In this document: piece by piece, positions 14,740-26,871 of the stretch
Layout of the letters: every line of letters starts with the position of its first letter
Position numbering within the stretch: position 1 is the first letter of the stretch
NCBI GenBank assembly: GCA_951406725.2
Contig: OX597823.1
Span: forward strand, 31,434,001 to 31,498,000
Direction of reading: 5' to 3'
DNA from: Octopus vulgaris
Taxonomy: Eukaryota
DNA: 64,000 nt
Translations under genes and position numbers: made by a program
The notes under the pieces: model-generated
Told to the model about the DNA's origin: nothing
Databases searched by the model: none
What the model saw: the letters and a program-made list of their open reading frames with translations, nothing else

Positions 14740-17090
14740 TTACTGTCTTTGCACGGCTTCTAACGCTGGAGATGTATTACAATGTCAGCTGTTCACTACC
14801 AGAAAACTAAGGTAACAACCCTTATTTTTCGATCACCACCCGAAGTATTCGAGCGGTTCCAAGCAGTGCTGTTTTCTGCAAGTACTCCACCCTTATTGCA
14901 GCCCCTATTTGTTCCATGTACTTCTCAAGATTTTTGCTCACTGTTCCCATGGCTCCGATAATTATTGCTTCTACTACCACCTTTTCAGCGACCACTTTTC
15001 TTTCTTCCTTATTGCATACCTTTTTGTCAGCTGAGCATACAATATCTATGATCCAGCATCGTTTGCTTTCTTTCTCAATTAACACTGTCTGGTTTCCTAT
15101 TCTCTGTCTCATGGTTGCACTGAATCATAAAATCTCATAGGATCTTTGCATTATCATTTTCGATGATGCCTTCATACCATTTTTTTGATCTGTCAAGTCC
15201 ATACTTGTTGCAAAGTGTCCAATGGACAAGCCTTGCTATATTCTCATGACGTCTCTTATATACTTTCTGGGCTAGTGGCGTACATTGACTGGTAATATGC
15301 CATACGGTTTCATCATTTTGTTCACAAATTCTGCACTTATCACTTTCTGATATATTGTCTATTCGGTGTTTGAAGTAATTGGTTCTTAATGCTTGCTCTT
15401 GGACATCGTAGATCAGTATCACCGTTTCCGGTTTTAAATCAATTTTAGTCATCCATAACCATCTTTTTTCTCTGTCTATTTTATCTTCAACATCCCTATG
15501 AAATTGCCCATGCATTCTTTTCTTTATCCACCTATTTTCAGTTTCATTCATTCTCAGGTGCTTGTACACTGCTTTATCTTTGCAATCTTCCATCCTACAC
15601 ATGCCTGACCTTCTTACTTCCAATAATAGCGGTTCTGTGGCATTCTTACATACCGTACTATGTTGTTTTCTTCTGCTCTAATGTTGTGATCACATCCAGT
15701 CAGTCCTCTTCCCCCTCTTTTTCTTGATGCATAAGTCTGTCTGTGTCACTTTTTGGGTAAAGTATCCCATATCTAGTCAGCAACTTCCTTGTCTTTCTGT
15801 CTAAGCTGTTTAGTTTGTCTATTGTCCATGTGATTATCCCTGCTCCATATCTAAGGAGTGAAACCACCCAGGTTTTGATAGCTTCAATCGTATTCCGTCC
15901 GTTTAATTTCGACTTAAGGATCAGTATCAGTCTGCGCAAGTACTCCACCTTAAATTTTTCTGTCATTTCTTTCTCCATTAATTTATCCATTTCCAAAATG
16001 CCCAAGTACTTATCGCCCGTCTTTTCTAATTGCTTCATAACCTGCTCCGACGGTATCATTAACCCGTCCATACATTTAATTTTGCCTGTCTTTAATACTA
16101 ACACACCATACTTTTTCAATCCGAACTTCATTCTGATATCAGCACTGAAGGCATACACCGTATCAACGAGGGAACTGACTTGGGCTTCATCTTTACCATA
16201 AAGTTTAAAGTCATCCATGAATAACAAATGGTTGACTTTTTGTTGCCGGCTTTTGAATACACACCCAGCTTTTGCTTTCCTCAGAATCAGTGTCAGTGAT
16301 ATCAAGCACAGTACAAAGATCAGTGGGGACAGGCAGTCCCCTTGGAAGATGCCCCTCCTAATTTCTACTGTCCCTAAGCTTCTTCCGTATGCTGTCAGGT
16401 CCGTCCTCCAATTCGCATACTTTTTCCAAACAATCGCTCAACATTCAATGCAATCCCAAGCAGGTTCATACACACCATAATCTAAGAATGTGGGATCATA
16501 TCGTACGCCTTACGATAGTCGATCCATGACTAGGCTAAGTTACTTTTCCTCCTCTTGCAGTCTCTGAGTACAGTTTTGTCTATCAGGAGTTGATCCTTGG
16601 TACCTCTGCACTTGCGCTTGCAACCCTTCTGCACATGTGGCAGGACTCCATTTTTTTCCAGATGTTCGTACATTGACTCTGCGACTATTTCAGGCAATAA
16701 TTTCCACAAGTGGCAAGCAGGATATCGGCCTGTAATTGTCTACCGTATTGCCTTTATCAATGTTTTTCAAGCACAGTACTGTCCTACCCATTGTCTACCA
16801 CTCTGATGTTACTTGGTCGACACTTAACAAGGTATTGAGTTGTGTAGCTATTCGTGCATGACATTCACCAAATTATTTGATTTAGTAGCCTTGAACTGCA
16901 TCTGGTCCTGGGGCCTTCCAGTTGCTTTTTTTTATTTGCTGATTTCCTTCACTTTCCTAACTGAAATGACTAGTTCTGCTTTTTTTGGACAGACTACTGT
17001 TTGTTTCAGTTTTTGTAACCATTCAGCATCCTTCTTGTGCTCCTTGTCTTTGCTCCAGATGTCACTCCAAAACCTTTGACTTTCAATGTT
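14739..17090 (-). mobile_element. 5'-truncated, frameshifted R4/Dong-like non-LTR retrotransposon (RT + CCHC + restriction-like endonuclease)
   Basis: ORF pieces: VNHLLFMDDFKLYGK, KYLGILE, KLNGRNTIEAI, QEQALRT..DKCRIC..ETVWHITSQC, CWIIDI, LQKTALLGTARILR. Confidence 0.9.
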
Positions 17091-18309
17091 ATCAGGTGGT
17101 GGTGTTTGTAGTGGGCTTGTTGATGTGTTATTACTGTTGTTGTTGTTTGCAGTGGTGGCGGTGAGAGTAGTGGTGGTAACAACTGAAGATAGTGTTGTTG
17201 GTGATAATGATGTTGGTAGTGGTGATGGTGCTTCTGGTTGTGTCGTGCTGGCGGTGGTGGTGGTGATAGTGTTGCGAATGGCCGTCCGGAAGAATAGAAA
17301 TCTGGTGCACGCGATTGAGGTGGAATTAAGATAGCCGTGCATGAAACATACGAGTGGTTATTCGCAACATCCGTGAATGTGTTATTCGCTGTTTTCTAGA
17401 TCAGAGGCGAGGAATTCCCGTATAAGCATGTAGCTGGCTGCGAGTAAACGTCTTTGACAAGACTCAAGAAGGAGATAATGCATCTGGCATTCTCAGAAAC
17501 CGCTGCTTGTGGTGGTAGTTTCGTGTCCCTTCGATGGTCACTATGTTTTTAACACAACACGCTCAAAAGAGATGTTATCTCAGGATAACTACCGCAGTAT
17601 CTAGCCTGTCAACGGGATATGTACAGTACGTATACAACATAAATGGCTACTTTATTACTGATTCAACTGGACGTATGTGTGCGTGTACGTGTATGTGTGC
17701 GTGTGTGTGAGTGTGTTTGAGTGGATGTGTGGATGTGTATGTGTGTGTATCTGTGTCTGTGCGTGTGTGTATGTGTTCGTGCGTGCTTGTGCATGTATGT
17801 ATAATTATTAAATCCGAGAAAACTCGACCAGACAATGATGATGATTATTATTATTAAGTCAAAACATGGCGACGAACGGTTAGAAATGAGAGAACGTCGG
17901 GGAAAATGTCATGCAATATTTGTAGAAACGTTAGCACGCCGGGCGAAATGCTTAGCGATATTTCGTCTGTCTTTGCATTCTGAGTTCAAATTCCGCCGAG
18001 GTCGACTTTGCCTTTTATCCTTTAGGCGTCGATAACTTAAGTACCAATTGCGTACCGGGGTCGATCATATCGATTGGACCCTTCCCAAAAATTTCGGGCC
18101 TTGTGCCTAGAGTAGAATATTTTTTGAGGTAGTTTCAGTCAGAGTTCAGATCCTACCGAAATCAACTTTCATCCTTGATGAAACAAAGTAACAATCAAGT
18201 ACAGGGATCGATGGCATTGACTAATATCATGTTCTCCCAACTGTTCACCTTGTGCCTAACTCAGGAATCCATTATTAATACAGTTCTATATTTAAGAGAT
18301 GAGAAATTA

Positions 18310-18524
18310 TTTACATTATTTATATTATTTAGATTTGACAGATATTTGTCCTCATCTTGTTTATTGTTAACACAACGTTTCGGTTGATATACCCTCCAGC
18401 CTTCATCAGACGTCTTGGGGAAATTTCGAACCTGGGTTCTCTCTTATTCCTAAGGTATTTTTCGATGTTGCTGTTGTTGTTATTATTGCTGTTGTTGTTA
18501 CTGCTGCTGTTGTTGTTGTTGTTG

Positions 18525-18581
<57 letters not shown>

Positions 18582-18597
18582 TCACACACAGACATAC

Positions 18598-18683
<86 letters not shown>

Positions 18684-18696
18684 TGATGATGATGAT

Positions 18697-18730
<34 letters not shown>

Positions 18731-18874
18731 TCGAAAAATACCTTAGGAATGAGAACCCATGTTCGAAATTTCCCCAAGACACCTGATAAAGGCTGGAGGG
18801 TATATCAGCAGAAACGTTGTGTTATAACAACAAACAAGACGAGGACAAATATCTGTCAAATGTAAATAATGTAA
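18310..18874. mobile_element. ~560-bp inverted repeat of a hammerhead-bearing element with mirrored microsatellites
   Basis: 18310-18470 and 18728-18874 are reverse complements. Inner (TGT)n(TAT)n is mirrored by (AAT)n(GAT)n(AAC)n around a ~25-bp spacer. Confidence 0.85.
18369..18414 (-). ncRNA. Minimal type I hammerhead ribozyme motif
   Basis: Minus strand ACGT CTGATGA A GGCTG-loop-CAACC GAAAC GTT GTGT, with palindromic AACGTT stem III. The mirror copy at 18778-18823 has CTGATAA. Confidence 0.7.
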
Positions 18875-19017
18875 ATACTATCCATTATTAAGTCAAAGTC
18901 ATTAAATGTCACCTGAGTTTGTTTTTGATCCTTCCGAGATCATTAAAACATATACCAGTCATATGCTGGGGTACGTCTCCCTTTCCACGCTGTGTTTAAG
19001 TATTATTATGGCTTCTA

Positions 19018-19231
19018 AGGCGGCGAGCTGGCAGAAATGTTAGCACGCCGGGCGAAATGCTTAGCGGTATTTCGTCTGTCTTTACGTTCAGAGTTCAAAT
19101 TCCGCCGAGGTTGACTTTGCCTTTCATCCTTTCGGGCTCAATAACTTAAGTACCAGTTTTGTACTGGGGGTCGATCTAATCGACTGACCCACTCCCCCAA
19201 AATTTCGGGCCTTGTGCCTAGAGTAGAAAAG
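19018..19231 (+). mobile_element. Full SINE family B with 16-bp TSD
   Basis: ATTATTATGGCTTCTA at 19002-19017 and 19232-19247. The core GCCTTTCATCCTTTCGG(G)..GATAA resembles the Meta-SINE domain (from memory). Other copies at about 4445-4610, 17920-18118, 28080-28200, 33535-33692, 33748-33950, 48135-48340, 52790-52960, 61722-61950, 62262-62410 and 63930-64000. Confidence 0.9.
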
Positions 19232-19547
19232 ATTATTATGGCTTCTATTTCGTCTGTTTCACGTTCATTTTTTTTTCTCTTCTATATGCTTTGCCAACTT
19301 TTACTCTTACTCCTCCGCCTCCATACTCATTGTCACCTCGCCACCCCTTGCACTCAATTATAGCGCCTCCTACTTCACACTTCTCCACCCCGCACTTCAC
19401 ACATAACACACTCACCTATATTCTTCTCGCAATAAACCTGTGGCCAAATCTATAGAGAATCGCAGGATGTCAGCCATTGAATAAACAAAGACACAAAGCA
19501 CCGTATCATCGAGAAATTCACTTGAAATAGGTGAACTGAGACCTAAA

Positions 19548-19612
<65 letters not shown>

Positions 19613-19949
19613 TAAACACATTTATATGTACACTGTGTGTGTGCGTGCGTTATGTATATATATATATATATATATGCATACATACACACACATACATATA
19701 TATGTGTGTGTGTGTGTTTGTGTGTACTTATCTTTTTAACTATACAACTTAATATACAGACTATTAAGTAACATTGTTAAGTGAGAGCTTTTGTTTTAAA
19801 TGAGGTTGATATACACGTATGTGATTTTATGTATGTATAATCGTTGTAGTAATTATCTGAATTCTTTGTATAAAAAGTGGTTGGTTTCTAAAAAATAAAC
19901 AAAGCTCTTTTATTGAAAACTACTGACAACAAAGCTAAAAAGTTGTTAC

Positions 19950-20400
19950 CTAAGCCCCAGTATTATTTAAACCATAGACAAATCTTGCATGTTATTTTTG
20001 TGTTCTGCTTTACAGATTGCATGCTTAAAATGTAAATTAACTAGACTTCGCCTAAAACCCACCTGGTTTTCAAGACTTTTCTTAGGCACTTGCTAATATA
20101 ATTAAATGCACCAATAATTGTATGTTTTAGTGTTAATTTTCAATCATGGTGGTGAAATTTCTGGTTTCAAGGCAGATGTTTACCAATAATTTCTTTGTGA
20201 GTGACTTTACAAGAAATGTCAACATCAACTGCAACCGACTTTTAAAATCACTTTCTTTTCTGTCCCAAATAATCACGTCAGGCTTTATGTTTCCATTTCA
20301 AATAATTGATGCATATGTCCATCATTATTCTTAATGTAAAAACACATTCTCAACAACACAAGTATTTTCTATATTCGTTCATGGTTGACTTTCCCTAAGA
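19950..20400 (-). pseudogene. Highly decayed restriction-like endonuclease domain of an R2/R4/NeSL-type LINE
   Basis: Minus strand reads KPDVIIWDRKE and TIIGAFNYISKCLRK, the PD..D and IIGA motifs of RLE domains. Confidence 0.6.
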
Positions 20401-20964
20401 ATAGCTATACGTATTTTGCCATGTTGTAAGTATAATATACAATGCTATCATGGTAGAATGCGGCACAGCAACTTTGCTGCATATATGGCTAATTGCTGGT
20501 CATTTATTTAATATCTTCCACTGATATGTTACGTATTCGATGATATTGGTCGCATCTTGAAGGAGATGTTAACTTCTTCAAAATGCATATCTGCAAAACA
20601 CGCACACACATACACACGCACACACATCCGGTCTGAGCGAGGTGAACATACCATCCAAATATGTTGAATTTGTTTCTTATGACAGAAATAAAAATGATAA
20701 ATGATGGAAAATGGGCTATAGATTTTTAAGAAAGCAAGCAAAAGTATGTAAAAACGAAAGTAGAATTACGGAAAGAAAAGTATATATACATACATATACA
20801 TACATGTGTGTGTGTAATACTACAAGATACAAAAGGTTCACAACGAAACATACATAGAAATAAAGTAGCACGATACTCGTATGCATCCCATCTTCAGGTG
20901 CCTATCACATTTCATTATGGTTTTTACCACTAAACAATACCATTGAAACCGGCGATAGCAACAG

Positions 20965-21356
20965 CATCTAGGCACAAGGCCCGGAAATTTGGGGGAGGGG
21001 GCCAGTCGATTAGATCGACCCCAGTACGTAACTGGTACTTAATTTATCGAGCCCGTGAGGATGAAAGGCAAAGTCGACCTCAATGGAATTTGAAATCAGT
21101 ACATGAAGACAGACGAAATAACCCATTTCTTTACTACTCACAAGGGGCTAAACACAGAGAGGACAAGCAAGGACAGACAAATGGATTAAGTCGATTATAT
21201 CGACCCCAGTGCGTAACTGGTACTTAATTTATCGACCCCGAAAGGATGAACGGCAAAGTCGACCTCGGTGAAATGTAAACTCAGAACGTAACGGCGGACG
21301 AAATACGGCTACGCATTTCGCCCGGCGTGCTAACGTTTCTGCCAGCTCGCCGCCTT
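20965..21356 (-). mobile_element. SINE B dimer: head + core + tail B + head-less core + tail A
   Basis: Tail B (..AGCCCCTTGTGAGTAGTAAAGAAAT) joins a second core at TATTTCGTCTG near 21120. Confidence 0.85.
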
Positions 21357-21492
21357 CCTGTGGTTATAATAACTATTATTATTATTTAATTGGCAGAAAG
21401 TTTCAAAAATGTTTCAAGAATCGAGACTTTCGTTCAAATCGTATGTGCGGAACTCGCAACCGTTGAATCACATTTGTATGTTGAGGATGTTT

Positions 21493-21534
<42 letters not shown>

Positions 21535-22070
21535 AACATACAATCGAAAGGTGACTGAATGGTGCGTTGTGGCACATTTGCTATCCTTACATTTAATAGA
21601 CAACGTAACTGAAGTCAACTATATTTAACTGGGAATCGAAACAAGATGTCTAACTCGGCTGAGTGATTTCGCAATTAGCAAATGCAACATGTCACACTTT
21701 CGTATGCTTCGAATTAAAAAGAAAAGAATTACTATTTTGTAAAATTATGTTATCTCCTTTCACCTACAGAAGAAAAGAAGAAAAAACTATGAGAATGAAT
21801 TTAAAAAGAAAGAAAGAAATATTTTATTGAAAGGAGAGTATTTCTGAAAAAAGCTGTTCGCGCGAAACGAAGTTTGTTTTCTTTAGCAAGAGAGAGAAAA
21901 ACTTAAAATACTAGGTTAATGTGGAACGAATGTATTTGAAAAGTTGTAGAAAACTAGTTTAAATTAGTCTAATGATCACATTTCAAAAGAAGAGAATATC
22001 TGGCTAAAATATAGGTTGGCTGCTTTCATTTATATCATCATCATCATCGTCGTCGTCATCGTCAACACCA

Positions 22071-22170
<100 letters not shown>

Positions 22171-22392
22171 ATGCTTATTCATAGCTTATTCAATAACGAA
22201 AGGTTTGCGTGTTCGACCAACAATCTTAGAAAAGATGACTCAAATTTTCTTAACAACGCACATAATATCTATGGCTTGTGTGCCATGACCAATGTGTGTG
22301 TATATATGTATGTATGTATGTGTGTATGTATGTATGTTTGTGGGTGTGTTGTATCTGTCTGTCTACCTGTACCTAAATCTATGTACATACAC

Positions 22393-22465
<73 letters not shown>

Positions 22466-22473
22466 TATATATT

Positions 22474-22514
<41 letters not shown>

Positions 22515-22620
22515 GCATAGGCACATATATTTATATATACAAACATAGGTATATGTGTATAAATTTAGGTGCGTGTGTATAGACAGATACAACACACACA
22601 TACACACATGTATATATATA

Positions 22621-22838
22621 TTTCTTTACTACCCACAAGGGGCTAAACACAGAGGGGACAAACAAGGACAGACAAACGGATTAAGTCGATTACATCGCCC
22701 CCAGTGCGTAACTGGTATTTAATTTATCGACCCCGAAAGGATGAAAGGCAAAGTTGACCTCAGCAGAATTTGAACTCAGAACGTAACGGCAGACGAAATA
22801 CGGCTACGAATTTCGCCCGGCGTGCTAACGGTTCTGCC
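22621..22838 (-). mobile_element. SINE B monomer with tail B
   Basis: Core plus tail ending GTGGGTAGTAAAGAAA followed by (TA)n. Confidence 0.85.
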
Positions 22839-22854
22839 ATTATATATATATATA

Positions 22855-23035
22855 CTTTATTTAAAAGCAGCACAAAATTCAACAAAAGCTGTTACTCTGA
22901 CTCACGTTCCCGTTCGTCGGTCAGAGTAACATGTTTTGTTGAATTTTCTGCTGCTTTTAAATAAAGCATATTACTCTACCCTTGGTATTTGAGTACTCTT
23001 TTTTCCACCTTGTTTCACATTTATGTGTTTACTCC

Positions 23036-23040
<5 letters not shown>
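22855..23040. mobile_element. Hairpin terminal-repeat element
   Basis: Near-perfect ~47-bp arms at 22855-22901 and 22920-22966. The loop on the minus strand reads CCGACGA ACG-GGAA-CGT GA (truncated hammerhead-like). Flanked by (TA)n. Confidence 0.7.
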
Positions 23041-23094
<54 letters not shown>

Positions 23095-23154
23095 TGTATC
23101 TATCTATCTAACTATATCCACAGCTACACACGCAAGCACGCGTTATAAATAGTT

Positions 23155-23216
<62 letters not shown>

Positions 23217-23397
23217 GCCTGTCTGTCTGTCTGTCTGTCTGTCTGTCTGCCTGCCTGTCTGTCTGTCTGTGTATGAGTGTAAGAAAAGAAGCAGATAAAT
23301 GAGAGAAGCGTATTTGCACACAACTGGATGGCCGTCGACTCCCAGAAGTCCATCTGCTCTTTAACAGGTCTTGCTTTTTTTTTTTTTTTTTTTGCTT

Positions 23398-23506
23398 ACA
23401 GGGTGTCCAAAAATCATCCGACTCACCAACCAGGTCTGGTGAAGTTACCAGTTTAGACACCAACAAACCAACCGTGCAGTAGTGTTCACTGGATTACACA
23501 TTACCT
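23398..23506 (+). repeat. Old dispersed repeat with three diverged copies
   Basis: CAGGGTGTCCAA...AGTTTAG...TTACC block is similar to 24480-24635 and 29848-30000; possibly an RTE/SINE-related UTR. Confidence 0.5.
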
Positions 23507-25189
23507 GCTGTCTTGAAAGTATCCTTTGGTGAGAAAAATCTAAGAGGAGGCTGTCCGAAATCAGATCGGTTGTTGATGCAGCCGCCAGTCATCTTGCTAT
23601 TACTGACAGTTTTCTGAGTAGATACGCGTTCTTCTACAATGTAAGTCACTTTAATCGAATTCTACAGAGTAGGATCAAACCCGAAACCATTTCATTTCGA
23701 AGCACGTTTCTCAACGATGTGATCATATTTGCAGACCACCCAGCGTCACCATGGATATACTGGATTGGTTTAACTCAAGAACATTCACAAAGATTAAATT
23801 GACTTTAATATATAATATATTATGATTATGTGAAACCTAAACGTCTGCCATCAGGGATAATTTAGTAACAGGACAATTGACATCACTGTTCGCCTTACCC
23901 ACCAACAGAACTTAACAGGGAACTTAAATTAGCCAACAAAAGGAAACAAAATTCTTGGTCTAACTGATTTATTTGCATAAACTAAAATTCTAGCACATCT
24001 AAGTACCTCGGGTTATACTCCTGATGAAAATTAATGTTCTAGTGTATCAATCTCATCTCATCTAGATCGTCCCATAGGATGCCCCTCTTGGGGTTTCGGT
24101 TGCGCATACTACAGAAGTCACAGGGCGCTTTTCTATGTGGTCCCCCAGTTTCCATTTAACTAGGAACATTAGGGTCTCATCCAATGTCTTGTATTCAAGA
24201 TCCTCTGGATGACATCCTGCTAGTTCAAAGCCAGGAATCTGATCGGTTAGGTCCTCCTGATAACTAAATCCACGCCCTGCTGCCGTCGCTTCGATTTATT
24301 GTCGTTAAGGTTTTGTCTGTCTTCTACCCTACTTTTCGACCTGTCTGGCCTGGTAAGACCTGCTTGAAGATTTCTCTCCCTCCAGCATAGCTCTCCAAGT
24401 CAATGGAGTACACAGGCACTTCACCGCGGCAAGTTACTTGTTGAATTGGCCGTTAACTACACAGTAGTTCTTCCACCCTTTGATGGCCCTTATTTTTTAT
24501 CCCGCAGGGTGTCCAAATCACCCCCCTCCCCAAGCAAGCTTGATGGGGTTTGCTAGTTTAGTCGTCGACGATTCGATCATGCGACAGGTTGTGCTGGGTT
24601 ATATGTTACCGGTAGCGCTCAAGAGCGACCTGACATGAAAGGGAAACTATAATAGAGAAAACCTGAAACTCCAAAACAGCGAACTTTTCATCAATGCAAC
24701 ATTACTTTAAATTAGTTAAATGAGCGACTATCTTTAAGTGGAAGGATTTTTTCTGAAAGTACATATCCTTTTGTGATAACGGCTACATGGCAAGCCAGAG
24801 ACATTTTCATCTCAAGGTAAAATCATCAGTAAAAAATACATTTTTTTTCATTCTTATTCAATAACAGATGCAAAGATCTCACTGAACGAAACGAAGTTTT
24901 TATATCAATTGAGGAAGAGTAACACGACAGAGAACAAGGGAAAGTTTAGACAGGCAAGACACTGTCGCAATCAGTAGAAAATCAACTCTGTGAAATTTGT
25001 GTGTGCATGTGTGTGTGTGCGCGCGCACGTTTGTGTATGTATGTGTGTATGTCAATATATATCTATATGATGGCGTCTAAGGCTGAGCCTTCAAAACACT
25101 GAGCCAGCAAACTAAAGGAAACCTTTAACTAATAGACAACTGCAAGATTATTAGCTAATATATCAAATCATTTCTATATTCTTTCTATT

Positions 25190-26316
25190 ATCCTTTCTCA
25201 GCCTTGGAATAACCACCATGATGTAGATCAGGGGCTATGTGTGATAGTCCTGAACATGAAAGGAACTTTTTCACTGAATTCGACTCGGCAGACCTACGGT
25301 AAGCGAGAATCCAAAAGAATAAAAGCAAAACGAAGTTAGCTGTAAAGCTACCTTAATGATAGATCCGTCAGCATCATTTTAAGTCATCAACCTGATTCAT
25401 CACACATCCAGTATATCTGTCCCACAAGGTAGCATTAACTCCGTCCTTTTAGCTCAGCCCTTTGACCCGGAACCCTTCAACGGCATTTCCAAGGTTCGTT
25501 TCTCGACCGTCTTGTATTCTCGCAGTATTTGTAGAAGATCATCAACAACTATCAGCTATAGCTGTACCACAACGCCGACGATTCCATTCTATTTTCTCGA
25601 ATGAGATAAAAAAAAAAAGGAGAAATTAATACTCTTGTAGATAGTTTAAAGAGAAACTGCGTCGATTTAAAATCTTGGGAAGATGAGTGGAATGTGACAT
25701 TTGAGCCTTCAAAGTGTTAAGCAATGGCTTTACCAAAGAAAATCTCAGTAAACCATGCAGAGCACTTTGGGATTTCAATGTTGCACATATATAAAAAGGC
25801 AATTCGAGATTTGGGTGTAACGAAAGGCAGCGAATTCGTGTGAGCAGAATATGTTTCCACAGTATGCAACAAAGTGAAAATCTAAACAAAGTAGATAGGA
25901 GAAAGTAAAAAAGGGTGCAGCTGCCGCAAGCGAAGCACAAATCTTATGTATTTTTATATTACATATGCAACCAATTCGTTGAAGTTCAAAAGAAAAGTTC
26001 TCAAGACTATTGCAGTCGACGGAGCTGAAGGAGCCAAAATAGCAGCCTCGACATCAGAATATCACATAAAATAAGTAGGAGAGAGAGGGGGGATGAGACA
26101 GAAAGACGAACAGACAGACAAATAGACAGAGTAAGAGAAAGAGAAAGAGAGAGAGAGAGGAGGGGAGAGAGACAGAAACACAGACAGACAAATAGACAAA
26201 GTAAGAGAAAGAGAGAGAGGGGGAGAAGGGGGAGAGACAGAAAGTCAAATAGACAGAGTAAGAGAAAGAGATACTGAGACAGTGAGAGAGAGAAAGAGAG
26301 AGAGGGAGGAAGCGAC

Positions 26317-26361
<45 letters not shown>

Positions 26362-26800
26362 GTAAGAGAGAGAAAGAAAGGAAAAGGAGAGAGATAGAGG
26401 ATGAAAGAATGAGAGAGAGAGGGAGGAAGAGACAGAGAGACAGAGAGAGAGAAACAAATAGACGGAGTGAGAGAGAGAGAGAAAGAGACAGAGACAGTGA
26501 GAGAGAGGAAGAGGGAAAGGAGGAAGAGACAGACAGATACAGTGAGAGAGAGGGGGGAAAGAGAAAGAGAGACAGACAGACAGACAGACAGAGTGAGAGA
26601 GAGAAAGAGAGGAAAAAGAGTAACAGTGATCTGTGATATGTACACACACTACAGCCATGAAGATTTAGAGCTACGCTGTTGTTTCTTTGGCTGTTATTTA
26701 CGGCTGCAATATCGTAAAACCTTCATTTCGCGAGTCCACCCCAGCTCACACACTGCCTCTCAACAACTGATGCCATTTTTTACAGGAGCTTTCTACATTT
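25190..26800 (+). pseudogene. Decayed CR1/L2/Jockey-group LINE reverse transcriptase, interrupted by a GA-rich tract
   Basis: LCVIVLNMKGTF (LDxxxAFD), GISQGSFL (PQGS), NADDSILF (YADD) and LKSWEDEWNVTFEPSKC (W...W...F...KC) occur in the expected order. Confidence 0.7.
26075..26625. repeat. Degenerate (GA)/(GACA) polypurine tract
   Basis: About 550 bp of low-complexity GA/GACA repeats. Confidence 0.9.
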
Positions 26801-26871
26801 ATCAAAATATGAAATAAACTTACATCTAAAGGTGATTGAAGCTTTTTTTTTTTTTTTCAGTTAACGAAAAA

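Noticed and set aside
20868-20901. Minus-strand GCAC CTGAAGA ... GTGC
   Set aside because: GAAA and stem II are missing. Counted only as a possible degenerate motif, not as a feature.
24021-24050. CTGATGA motif
   Set aside because: No stem II followed by GAAA and no stem I closure, so it is not a hammerhead.
26843-26860. Poly-T plus CAG resembling a splice acceptor
   Set aside because: Followed immediately by transposon and SINE sequence; no exon or donor site identified.
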